NCBI GenBank assembly: GCA_044892525.1
Contig: CM097885.1
Coordinates: 59,272,001 to 59,336,000 of the forward strand
DNA from: Schmidtea polychroa
Taxonomy: Eukaryota
DNA: 64,000 bases
Direction: 5' to 3'
In this document: positions 12,161-24,767 of the stretch, piece by piece
How positions within the stretch are numbered: the first letter of the stretch is position 1
How the letters are laid out: the number at the start of each line of letters is the position of its first letter
The notes under the pieces: generated by a model
What the model saw: the letters and a program-made list of their open reading frames with translations, nothing else
What the model was told of the DNA's origin: nothing
Databases searched by the model: none
Program-made: the position numbers and the translations under genes

Positions 12161-13359
12161 GTTTCCAAATCATATAGATTTTAAAATGTAATGTGTATTT
12201 ATATGAATTTTGTGAACGTTGAACTAATCTTGAACTTTGTAAGATCTTACGGAACAGTATTAACGCAATATCGCAAATATCATCTCAATTTAAACATAAA
12301 CGTTTCAAAAATATACGTTGCTTTTCTTTGACTACTTTTAATTAAATTTGAATGAATTAATTTGTTTTTAGTATTTTTGCGCGCTTTTTTAGGTGTCCAC
12401 AAAAAAACACATTTGAATTTTTTTTAACTTATGCAGCCACCAAAAATGACAAATTTTTCTAATTATTAAAACAATTTAAATTTCCTTAAATTGTTTATGA
12501 ATAAATAAATATTAATATTTTGATTTTAATTTTATATACAATACTGTCTGTATTTATTGTACGAATTCCATAAAAAAATAAAAATGTAAAGAGATGAAAA
12601 TTCAAATAAAAATTTCAAATAAAATATTTATGAAACCGAGTAAAAGAATACAAATAAGAATTACAATAATACGATTTGGTTTTATACATTTTTCGTTACA
12701 AATATCAAACATTATTTTACTGTTTAGATTTTTGTCATTTCTACAGGTTAGGTGCAATAATTACTGACAGTACTGTAAAGATTTTACATATTTATAAAAT
12801 ACATTTGTTTATTATTATATTTTTCAAAATCATTTAGCATTGATGTGGCACTTTCATGCAATGCAGTTTCACGAATTGCACTCCCAAGTGCAAATGAACT
12901 TAAATATGAAGAGCCAAATCTCTTACTATTTTCGAGTTGGGANNNNNNNNNNNNNNNNNNNNNNNNNNNNNNNNNNNNNNNNNNNNNNNNNNNNNNNNNN
13001 NNNNNNNNNNNNNNNNNNNNNNNNNNNNNNNNNNNNNNNNNNNNNNNNNNNNNNNNNNNNNNNNNNNNNNNNNNNNNNNNNNNNNNNNNNNNNNNNNNNN
13101 NNNNNNNNNNCCGACGTTGCACGATTTAAAAAATAGTAAACAGATTCAAAATAAAGAAATTTATTTCAAATTCATTCATTTAAAAAAAAATTTAAAAATA
13201 CATAAAAATTTAATTAAAAAAAGTACATGTAATTTATATATCACTTGTGATAAAGCTTGTCTATGGACTATATTTTTGGTTTTTCCTTCTGGTGCAAAAA
13301 TGAAAAGATTATAAAGATCATGTCGATCCACTGTTAATTGGCCAGGTAAAAGATGGGTC

Positions 13360-16300
13360 TGAATTTCTTGCCATAGTGAAATCTCCAAAAAACATGAAAC
13401 AACCACAAAAAACCTGCAACAAAACATAATACAACAACAACATGAACAAGCTAATACACACAAAACATTAACGCTCCTAATCTCACAAATGACAAAATTG
13501 CAACAACAACTACTCACACATAATACAGCAGCATCCTCCCAACTCCCTCACGACATTGATGATGTACACTTAACTCTCACACCCAAGGATGATGACCTAA
13601 ACATACCTCCACAATTCCATCAACCTGAACCCTCAGACAATGAATCAAATGACTCCCAATCGGAAGATGACAATGACGGATACATCACAGAAATAGAACG
13701 ACAAGTCCATGTGAATAACAAAGTCGACATCGATGAGACCCCAACCCAACAAACACCATCACAATATGAACAAACCAACATCACCCAACAAGAACAAACA
13801 ATAAAAAGAACAACATCTTCCAGCGGCTCCCTTTTTTCACCAATGGAAAACATAACTCCAGTTGACCTCAACGACCCCTTTAACATGTATCATGCGCTAC
13901 ATGTCCTCCACATAAAAGACTTTGCAATCGTTAAAGACATAATGAAAACGCCACCAGCACCAGATACACAAACCTCAGAATCATCCACCAATACACCCAA
14001 TCCACTATATAACCTGCTCAACACCAACGAACAACCAGTAACACAAAACCTCACCACGATTGACTCCCCATTCACGCTCAAAAAACAAGCACTATTTAAA
14101 CTAGGTAGTGAAGGCTTCCTAAAATGTAGGATGAAAAACTGCAAACACGGCAAAATTGGCCCACTGATGGAAGACAAGCAACATGAACACATGAAAAGCA
14201 TGCATGACCGAATTATCAAAGACACAGACACATTTGAATGCCTAATATGCCAAAGACAAAGGAAAAAAGGACAGAACCAAACCAAATTCTTTCTCACAAA
14301 TATTGAAGAACACTGGCTTGATTATCACCCTGAAAAACAAATCCCTGGTACTAGAGAACAATATAACGACAAAAGGAGAATCCTCACACTAGAGCTCAAC
14401 GAAGAGGGAACACTACTATGCACATACATATGTAAGAAAAACCCCTGTGATATACATATGACTGTGAAGACCACCGCCAATGACATACTCAAACACATCT
14501 CTACAAAACACAAAAGTAAAGTATTTGACCAGACCACAAACATCAAATGCCACTGCGGTGAAACAATAAGCTTTGATAATATGAAACAATACCACCAATC
14601 ACACATGGGAATACTTGAACCCACTGAAATAAACAATGAGCCCCCCACAAACATTCCAGTAACCTACAAAGACATAGACTCAGACTGACTAAACCAGCAC
14701 CAGATCTCCGCATACATGTTAACACATGCAACTACTGAAAACACTATATACATAGACAGCTTTATAGGACTTGCATGCATTGAAAAACACTACCAAACCT
14801 TCTTTTCTGCCTTCCCATTTCATAAATATCCTACATGGATAGACCTAATTTGGCCCATGAACATCGAAAAGAACCTCTGGATACTCTTATACATTAATAA
14901 AAAACGCAACCTTGCTACAATTATTGACCCCACCTGCCAAATTAGCACCATGAAACATTACAACACAGCAACAACTATACTCAACATACTGACCAACCTC
15001 CAAAACATAATAACCACAAATGATTTCACCTTACAAGAACTAACATATCCAAGATGCAATGAAACAAAGCAATCAGGATACTACATATGCCACTTTGCCA
15101 AATGCCTAGCCTCCAACAGATGCATCACACTCCCCAACATACAAAACATACGCACAGACCTTAACAAAATAATAAACCTAATAATATATAGAAGGAAAGC
15201 AACTGATGACGTGACCAGATATACCGCATTCATTGATGACATAATTACCCAGCTTGACACTAATACTATTAATGTTGATGAGAGCCTCCAAGAAATTGCC
15301 AAGATACATGAAGCTATATACCCCAACAAATACAAAAATAAAACAATACCAACAAATATCCTCAACACAAAAGACACTAAGCGATTAGTATTCGAGCTAC
15401 GACTAGACTTTGATAGAAGACCAAAAGCAACAATCGAAAAAAATACTCAACAAAAATGAAAACACAACGACCACACCGACAGACGATGACATCTACAAAA
15501 ACTTCCAAACCACAACAAAACACATAACTAAATATAGTACACCAGATACACAACCCTCATACATTGACCTTATATCAGATAAACCCATAACAGACACAGA
15601 ACTCAACGAATCCATACTCAAACTTGACAGCACATCAGCCCCTGGTAGTGACAAAATCACATACAAAGAATGGAAAAAGATAGACCCGAAAAACAAATTT
15701 AGACTTGCACTTTTTAACAACATACTACGCAATGGACATAGCCCCAAAACATGGAAAACCTTTAGAACGAAACTCATCCTTAAACCAGGCAAAGAGCAAT
15801 CACCGCACGAAGTATCATCCTGGAGACCACTTGCTATACTGGACTCAGCCTATCGCACCTTTGCCTCTATCATGAATGATAGACTTCTCTCATGGATTCA
15901 GATAGGACACTTGTTGAGCACTAACCAGAAAGCGGTGGGTACTCCGGATGGATGCGCAGAACATAACACAGTTATCAGTCTCGCCAAGGAATGTGCAGTG
16001 AGAAATGGGACGGATATTAATATCATCTGGCTGGACCTTGCAGATGCTTTTGGTAGCCTTCCGCATGACCTTATTTGGCATACCCTGTCGAGACTGAAAC
16101 TGAAGGTAAAAACAATCAACCTTATTAAAGAAATGTATACTGACTGCTACTCAATATACGAATGCGAGGACCGACGATCAAGGGAGATACGGATAAACAA
16201 TGGAGTCAAGCAAGGCTGCCAATGTCTATGACTCTGTTCAGCCTCTCCATTGACTATATCCTCCAGAAAATCCTCAAACAACACCCACTTGTTATAGATG

Positions 16301-18290
16301 GACACAATATAAGCATAATGGCATATGCAGATGACATTGTCATGATCTCCAACACACGGCAAGAAATAGGTAACATGTTACGAACTATAGTTGAACTCGC
16401 TGACATATCTCACCTTAAATTCAGACCCTCTAAGTGCGGCTACTTCCAATTACAACGAAACCACAAAGAGATACCCCTAACTATATACAATGAAAAAATA
16501 CCCATCATTGATCACGACAACATATATAAATACCTAGGAGTTGACTTCGGCCAGAAAGGCAAACATGACATTGACAACACACTCATAAAAGCGATTGATG
16601 ACACGACAAAAATAATGACCTCTGACCTACACCCAGCACAAAAACTTCAAGCATACAAGACTTTCATACACTCTAGACTAATATTTCCCTTCAGAAACTG
16701 CACAATTAACAACATGATTCTTGACAGCAACAGAAACAAAGTAGTACAAAATAGACCCAAACAATTAGGATATGACCAAAAAATAAAGAGAATATTAAAA
16801 GACACACTAGATGATATACACCAGAACATTAATAACAACTTCTTTTATGCACATTGTAAACTAGGAGGTCTTGGCATAGTGCCAAGTATAGATGAATACA
16901 TGATACAAGGCATCACACACATCATCAAAATACTACACACACGAGACACTAGCATGAGGGAATTCATAATCAAGCAAATGATAGCAGTAGCCAAAATACG
17001 ATTTAAACACACTACAATAGATATACACCAAACACTACGATGGATTAACGCAGACATTAAAGGTGACATAAGTGGACCAGCAACTATATTTGGCAAATTT
17101 CGGTCTGCCATAAAAAGAATGAATGAAAAATTCGGCATCAAAATCACACTCACACTTGACAACAACAAATACATACTACTCCTGAAAACAAAAGACTACA
17201 CCATATATATTAACGAAACAAACCTCACAGAAACCTCTGCCAAACTACATGAAATCACAAGTGAATGGTATGCGGATCAATGGTACCAGATGACATGTCA
17301 AGGATACATTTCTAGAACCATAGGCGCAAATAGACAATCAGCACACCTAATCAAATCACATACCCTGACAGATAAACAATACATATTTCTCATTAAAGCA
17401 AGAAACAACATGATAAGTCTCAACTATAGTGCATACAGAATGAAAGAAAATATAAATACAAAATGTAGGCTCTGTAATGCTGAACCAGAAACACAAGCAC
17501 ACATCTTCAATCACTGCCTCAAAACAACAAATGCTAGGAGAAACAAACACAATAAGGTCATGGATAAAGTTAGCGGGTATCTCATTTCAAAAGGTTTCCA
17601 AGTTGACGTAGAACGCCCACCTCCCGGAATAGACACTAGGCTAAGACCCGACCTCATCATCAAAACAAAAAGAAATAACAAAATCCACATACTTGACATT
17701 AAGGTACCCTATGACCGTGAGGAAAACTTCAAAATTGCCAGAGAAGACAACTACAAAAAATACAGAACATTAGCAATTGAAACGGGGAAAAAGAACGACT
17801 GCAAAACTACATTGGATGCACTAGTTGTCGGCACTCTAGGCTCCTGGGACAAAAATAATGACACAGCACTTACCAAGATAGGACTAAACAACAGCGAAAT
17901 CAAAGCAATAGCCAAGCTATGTATGAAAACAGCAGTGGCTGCCAGCTTTGCAATATACATGGATCACATAACAAATATAAGTAAACCATTATCAAACACA
18001 CAATAAAGTACATTCCAACATAAACCCATTCTAACCACCATGATCTCAGTGAAGCAGNNNNNNNNNNNNNNNNNNNNNNNNNNNNNNNNNNNNNNNNNNN
18101 NNNNNNNNNNNNNNNNNNNNNNNNNNNNNNNNNNNNNNNNNNNNNNNNNNNNNNNNNNNNNNNNNNNNNNNNNNNNNNNNNNNNNNNNNNNNNNNNNNNN
18201 NNNNNNNNNNNNNNNNNNNNNNNNNNNNNNNNNNNNNNNNNNNNNNNNNACATACTGTCTGCGACACAGGAGAAGGGCTTAGGACCAGGG
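13360..18290 (+). mobile_element. NeSL-type non-LTR retrotransposon (R2 group, restriction-like endonuclease), near full length
   Basis: One long reading frame broken by a TGA at 14686 and two single-base frameshifts (near 15440 and 16220). Domains in order: four C2H2-like fingers, a Ulp1-protease-like domain, RT (WRPLAIL, DLADAFGSLPH, GVKQGC, YADD), a CCHC knuckle (CRLC..HIFNHC), and RLE (KHN, RPDLII, ILDIKVP, KY). Both ends are uncertain and lie close to N-gaps. Confidence 0.93.
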
Positions 18291-18336
18291 AATAAAAATA
18301 ATAGACCTAATTGCATCTAATGGCACAGAGTGCTTA

Positions 18337-19297
18337 TTAGTGCAAGTACCCTAACGGACCCCGGATCAGAAATGGGTCTTTTAGGGTAGACTAAAAAAGC
18401 AAGAATAAATGTAGTCAGAGGCATAAATAACCAACTGACACATAACAAACATGTAAATGGTTTGATAACTCGCCAATATCAAATCATTGAGCGGTTTTAT
18501 CTCTGATATTCCCGTGAAGCACTGCATAATAGTGCTCAAATCCTTGGCCACCAGCGTAGTGATGACTGATGATCCCTCATGGGAACACAGAAGAAAATAT
18601 TTCGTTTAAAAACCAAACCAGTTATGCTATGACCGCTTTGAGGTTGAAGCTCATCCGCCAGGATCCGACCTTCTCTTTGGAGCGGTAGGTAAAACCAAGC
18701 TTTGCATCGCAGTCAATCAGAGAGTCATAGTCTATGGTAATGCCATGAATATCCTGTGCGTGTTTGATTAAACTAGGTCTATCATACAGTGTTTGTTCAT
18801 TAGTTTCATTTGCTCTTCTGATTGAAGATCTTACTCTCATCTGTAAGTCTTGCCTGGGTTTCTTCGTTGGTTTCATTTTCTCTATGTAAGGCTTGCTTCT
18901 TTACCGCTTTAAAAACACGACCTAGTTGAGTTTTTCGTTTTTGGGGGCATGAGTTCTCTGAATAAAAATTGGAACGTAATTGCTTATATATAAAAATGGT
19001 ACTTACAAATTAATTTAGTATTTTAAAAAATTAAAAAGAGGAAATTGTTAAATTAATATTAAATATTTAAAATCAATATTAGAATGATTTTATATTACAA
19101 ACAAAAGTTTGTATTGAAAATGTATAAAAATGGAATAAATATAGGGTTAGGGTACCCTAGGGTAGTCACCTGGAGTTGAAACATGGCCTATGACCTGTCC
19201 CGAATCAAATGAGGGTCACATGCAAAATTTCAGCACTCTAGGTCCAACGGTGGGGAATTCTATAGAAAACAAACTTTCATCTTTATATATTAGAAGA
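18337..19297 (-). mobile_element. Truncated Helitron: 5' end plus start of a RepHel-like ORF
   Basis: A|TC start (TCTTCTAATATATAAAGATGAAAGTTTG) is homologous to the element at 45509. The decayed ORF MPPK...RENETNEETQARLTDE.VRSSIRRANETNEQ resembles Helitron N-terminal repeats. A candidate hairpin plus CTAA end lies near 18337. Confidence 0.55.
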
Positions 19298-20559
19298 TAA
19301 TATTTGCATTAGTTATTGACATTTCTAAAAATTGATTAGTGGAAAAATAAAAATCGAAATTCTTTAAATAAGACTAATTAAAATAAAACAAATGGTAAGT
19401 GGTTAGAAAAGGAAAGTAGTTATTACTTTTTTGTCAGCAAGTAAAATGCCATGACACAATAAATTTAAAAAAATTGGAAATAGAATTAAAATTATTAGTT
19501 GTCAAAGCAAAAAGTCAATTAATTGATATTTATCCATTATATTAAAATAATTTCGTAAACCAGTTTCCGTTTGTCACATATGTTAAGGTAGGGTTGTATA
19601 AATTAACGTAAAAGTTCACAAAAATGTGTATAAAGCAATTTACAATAAAATTTTTACAAATAAATTGAAGTGCAAACATGAATTAAAAAGCAATATTTCT
19701 CACGCGAAAGAAGTGTTGAGCAGGTAGCAAATGAAAAGATGATTACAAATATAATTGTAATCTATGAAACTCCATGAGTAATGTTATTTAATAAATACAA
19801 ACTAATCAATCAATTGCATCAATCATGTCATTAAATAAACAGATTTCCTGAGCTTAAGAGGATAATGTCAAGCGTAAGTAAAATTAATTTAATTTAGAAT
19901 AAGTTTCAGTTGAGCCGAATCAACTCTGTATAAAGAAAAAATCAGAGAAATTTTCATTACGGTTGAAGAACATTTCCTGCGAAGATAACGGTTATGTTGG
20001 TTATTTAAACATTTAATGTTTAAATATTCGACATTTATTATTTTAAAAATATTATTTTTGCATAGTAAAAGCATTTTTTATGAATCAGTCTGATTTGACT
20101 TACGATTAGGCAAAAATCAATATATTAACCGGGTCTCAAAAATTACTAAATCCTTGATAGAATATCTGCCAAAATCATATCAAAATATGTTGATATTACA
20201 CATTCGATGATATTATGGAAAAACAATCACTGATGTGTAAAGTAAGAGACCAAAACTGCTTTACAATTATCAAATCAATGACCAAAGAGTAGGTAATTAA
20301 AACAAGAAGACGAATGATTCGCAACATCCCGAAGTCCTTCAGTCGGGCGAGACCTCATTGCAAACAAAGCAAGAGGTGTGAGATTGAGAGAAACCCTATT
20401 AACAAAGCCTGAAACACAGATTGAAGGAACAAGGCCGCTATTAAAGACTTGTAATATTAATATAAATTGGAGCTGTGAAGAAGGATTTTTTTAAAACTAT
20501 CGGTCAGTATACATATGTGAATATTGTTGAATAAAATTAAATGAATGTTCAGCCAAAAA

Positions 20560-21500
20560 TGCAATATAAAGACGTGTACTAATCAATATAATGAAAGTTA
20601 CCAAACATTGTAAACAAAGTTTTGCGAAGCTGCTATGCTGATAACATGATTTGTACTCAATGTCAAACAAAACATGAGCAAGCTAAGAAAGGAATATCAA
20701 GATCAGAAAATCAAGCTTTAGAAAAAAAGTACTAAAAAGTATCAAAATATATTAAACTTGGTGAACTATAAGAGATGCTAGAAAAATGAATTTTACTAAA
20801 AATAAGTAACTGTTTTCCCTTTAACATAAAGAATCTAAAAGTTACTTGAGGCCTTATAAATGTTGAAAAAATAACATTGCTATTTTTGATCTCAGAAACC
20901 TTTACGGTCTTATCAAGGAAACCTCTACACGAAAGAGTTATGAAGCTTTTCCATCATATAGAAAAAATATTCTAAGGGTCGAGAATGTAAGAAACACTTT
21001 GATGTTGTTTAAGATTATCGATTAGTCAAGAATGAAGAAAATTTTTATTCTTAGGTAAAACTCGATTTTTTTAGAACGATTGTCATGGATGTCACTTATA
21101 TGAAAAAGAAACGCAATAAAATATGGTAGTAATGTTAGATCGGTTCAGTAAATTATTCATTTTGACTGGGTTCACGGAAGGGGTTGAAGAAACAATCTTC
21201 AAAATAATACTTAACTACTGAATTTCTAGATTTAGTGACCTCAGGTGTATATTAACATAGAAAGACCGGAATTTTGAATGGAATTTCTGAAAGATAAGAT
21301 TAAATTCAGTTCACCTTACCATCACAAATCAAATAAACTAGTCGAACTGGCTATGGTACTAAGTGATCTCACAATAACGACTTTTGGGGATGAATGTAAA
21401 TAAAAAAAATATCATAAACTGTTACCTAGGATAGAATTCAGGGTAAACAGCAGTCAATAGATTACAATTTTTCGAAATAAGTTAAGGCCGGGTTATTTAT
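20560..21500 (+). mobile_element. Highly degenerate Gypsy-type integrase region
   Basis: MDVTYMKK...VMLDRFSK-like core near 21085-21150 and a decayed TD/NF-like motif further on; many stops. Confidence 0.55.
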
Positions 21501-21898
21501 TTACATTTTATATAATTTTTATAAATAGCTTCTGATAAAGTAACAGGCAATATGCGAGTTACAGACAAAACATAAAGGGATATTTCTGATTTCGTCAAAG
21601 TGGGTGAGGTATATTAGTAAGCAAATAATATAGAAAAGGCGCAAGACGGAATGAAATACGAAGGTCATTGCAAAATTATGAAATTTCTCTTTTAAAATTC
21701 AGATATTTAATCCAAAACTCCAATTTCAAGTTGAAACAAAAAAATGAAGAGTACCAAAGATTTTAAGAAAGAAATAATTGTCAGTTATTTAAATAATAAT
21801 TAGTTTATAATCATTTCTTATTAAAATATTATTTATGGATAGTAAAATTTCGTTTAGGAATAATAAAAATAAATAAAAATATCATCATACAAAATAAC

Positions 21899-22269
21899 AG
21901 ATTGACAGATCTGTGAGGATTGGTGGTGCATGGCCGTTCTTAGTTGGTGGAGCGATTTGTCTGGTTAATTCCGTTAACGAACGAGACTCTAACCTGCTAA
22001 ATAGTACATTTGTGTTCTAACGCAAATGCTGACTTCTTAGAGGAATAAATAGGGTTTAGCTAAATGAAATTGAGCAATAACAGGTCTGTGATGACCTTAG
22101 ATGTCCGGAGCCGCACGCGCGCTACAATGGCAGTAACAGTGAGTTTAATTCCTAGCTAGAAATGGCCGGGTAACCTGCTAAATCACTGTCGTCTCAGGAA
22201 TAGTGGATTGAAATTATTCCACTTGAACGAGGAATTCCTAGTAAGCGCAAGTCACTAGCTTGCGCTGAT

Positions 22270-22306
<37 letters not shown>

Positions 22307-22326
22307 CGATTGAATGACTTGGGTGA
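21899..22326 (+). rRNA. Isolated 18S rRNA fragment (3' third), pseudogene
   Basis: Universal SSU blocks are present: GGTGGTGCATGGCCGTTCTTAGTTGGTGGAGCGATTTGTCTGGTTAATTCCG, GCAATAACAGGTCTGTGATG, GCCCTTTGTACACACCGCCCGTCGC. It has small deletions and AT-rich non-rDNA flanks. Confidence 0.93.
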
Positions 22327-22759
22327 CCAAAAAAATTTTAAAGAATAAGTCTGATTTAGCTATAACATTTGATACTATTATTTTTGTATTAAAAAAAATA
22401 ATAGTGAGTATTTGATAAATTTAAAGAAGAGTGTTTTGATTTTTGCGCCTACACGGATTTGTATTAGTTTGAGGCGATCTCTTATATAGTAATCTGCCCC
22501 TAAGGTTTTTAAATACCCGAACTATTTGATTATCAAGATATCGAATACATAAAAGATAAATTATCCGGATAATGAAAACAAAAAATAAGACAAGAAAAAC
22601 TTTTTTGTGGTATTTAATTCATTTATGTATATTTTTCGTGTATTCATTTGTATACATAGTCACAAAATAACAAAAATAGTAACAAATCATAAAATAATAA
22701 TAAAAAATAGAATTATTAATAAATTTAATTAAATTACTGAAGTTATTGATTCATTTTTA

Positions 22760-23760
22760 AAAATGCATATTTTAGAAAAATTATTGCATTAAATGTCTCG
22801 AAATTGGTGTCGAGTTCTAATTTTTGTCCTGGTGAGACCAGTAAATACGCGCTCCGTTGCTGTCGATGTAGGTTTAATTATTAATAATGCGCGATATAGA
22901 ATGTTTAAATTGTCTGTCATTTTTTTAATTATTTAAATAAATGAAATTTTTTTTCGCGATGTGGAACTTTCTTCATTCTGCTTCTCAGCATGAGTAATTG
23001 AAACAATTTCATTCTCAAATTGTTTCTGCAGTGACGATTTCTTACAAACTTCATTACTTAGACTTTCTTCATTTTCACTTTCAATAGTAATTTCTTCAGT
23101 GATTTCCTCAGAGTCATCATTTAGAATCACAGGTGAATTTATTCTTTTAATAATTTCTACCATAAATGCAATAGAAGCACCTTTTATACCATAATCAATA
23201 TAATTATTGGAACATGGAATATTAACTGCTTCTAAAAAATATTAACAGAGTCATTTGGATTTTATCACGACATTCATCCATTCGATTTTTTATCTGTTTC
23301 AGTAATATTTTTGAAAGATCCGTTCCACATTCTTCTAACTTTTCGAAAATGAATTTGTAAACGACTTCGGCAGTCAAAAGCGTCGCTAAATGTTTGCTAA
23401 ATTCTTTTACAGCTGTTTCCAGTGGGAATAAGAAATCTAACAACTCTATTGAAATAGCTAGTTTCTTTGATTTTTACCATAAAAGTTTAAAATACTTCGT
23501 TACAGTAGAGAAATTTTGTAATTCCACTATCACCGGTATCACTTTTATGTTTTTTTGATGTAGATGGTTCATGAATTTTATCGTTTAAAGTTGAAGTTGA
23601 AGCAGAATTTATGATTATTTTATGAACTTTTAAATGTGGCGTCGTTAATGATCCTTTACATCGTATTTGTTTGCTGCAATGCTTACAGAAAGCAACATCT
23701 CTATTTTTTTCATTTCTTTAAAAATGATTCCAAACTTCATAGCGTTTTGACATGGCTACA
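22760..23760 (-). mobile_element. Degenerate hAT (Ac/hobo-like) transposase C-terminal region
   Basis: L.PLETAVKEFSK...LLTAEVVY.F and IKPTSTATERVF dimerisation-domain motif; multiple stops. Confidence 0.7.
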
Positions 23761-23829
23761 GTGCTTTTAAAAATTTAAAATGTTATTTTTTAAAATAATT
23801 TACTAATATAGTTATATTTTACCTTATTT

Positions 23830-24105
23830 TATTGATTTGCTTCGCTTCACCAACCCCGTTAGAACGTGGGGTTAATGATAAAGTAAATATCCAGGGTATT
23901 CTTGGACAGTACTAAGATTCAGTTTATATGTTTATATGTTTATATGTTAATATGTTTACATAACTATGATAAAAGATAATAGCATAAACCATATAACTAC
24001 AAAAGAATAAAAACAATAAAAATTTTTTAAAAAATAATAAAAAAAAAGAAAGTAAAATTCGGATGGAGGGGACCCTTAGTTTTTTTTATATAGAAAGAGA
24101 TATTA
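23830..24105 (-). mobile_element. Short interspersed Helitron/HINE-like repeat, copy 1
   Basis: Reverse complement of the copy at 60510 (ATCTCT.TATAT.AAAA..CTAAGGGTCCCCTCCATCCGAA ... GGTGAA.CGAAGC). Contains an internal tttatatg microsatellite. Confidence 0.6.
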
Positions 24106-24243
24106 TTGTGGATTTATTGATTGATACCAAAATCCATGAAGAATACGATTGATAATTTTAAAGATAATTTTAAGATGATAATTATTACATATTTTTTATT
24201 AAAAAACTTATTTTTAAATGAGATGTTTAACAATGACATTTAG

Positions 24244-24767
24244 GTATTTCAACTAACAACATTTTCTGGTGATCTAAACTATTCAAATTTTGGACCAAGA
24301 TACAGATTTGGAATATTTATAGTCAACGTCTCCTCCGATTATACAAATTTTGATAGACATATTTTATTTACAATTGACCGATATCTTAGTGAATTGCAGA
24401 CTACCATGAGAGAACAATTTATCCTAAAAACAACATGTGGGAGAAATTACGCGGGAAGAAAATGTTGGTATAGGTGTATGAGTTCTTTCCGCCTGACTTG
24501 TAATTGTACAGCTAATTACGAGCCGGATGTCATACCGTGTCGGGCATATTGTAACGTTGGTATAGTTTATGATGTACTGATTTTTTATAATAATATACTT
24601 ATTAGGCTGGTTAAAACAATATAAAGAAATCCAAGTAGATACATTTAGTAATATTATTGTCACCTGTGATTCACTAGACATATGTATTAATAAATTAAGT
24701 TCGATTGCTGTAAATTGCCCTGGTCCAAAATTTTGTCTTCCAGTTGATAATAAAACTTATTATTGTG
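24244..24767 (+). CDS. Two exons (24244-24559 and 24636/9-24767) encoding a C2/MNNL-like strand region, a DSL-like start and an EGF-like cysteine module
   Basis: Open frame ...QFILKTTCGRNYAGRKCWYRCMSSFRLTCNCTANYEPDVIPCRAYCNV|DTFSNIIVTCDSLDICINKLSSIAVNCPGPKFCLPVDNKTYYC. GT-AG junctions are phase-compatible. Confidence 0.65.

Noticed and set aside
12738-12942. Possible exons LGAIITDST and IDVALSCNAVSRIALPSANELKYEEPNLLLFSSW divergent from GST
   Set aside because: They run into a gap, the phases are not clearly compatible, and the product is unidentified.
13176-17960. Many minus-strand ORFs over the retrotransposon, and similar antisense ORFs over the hAT and Tigger elements
   Set aside because: They are shadows of strand-biased coding sequence; the A/C-rich sense strand leaves few stops on the opposite strand.
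19143-19165. GGGTTAGGG telomere-like motif
   Set aside because: Only about 1.5 units, and part of the Helitron repeat also present near 45660.
20904-20914. ACGGTCTTATC resembles part of the planarian spliced leader as I recall it
   Set aside because: Only 11 nt match, with no splice donor or Sm site following, and it lies inside the Gypsy relic.
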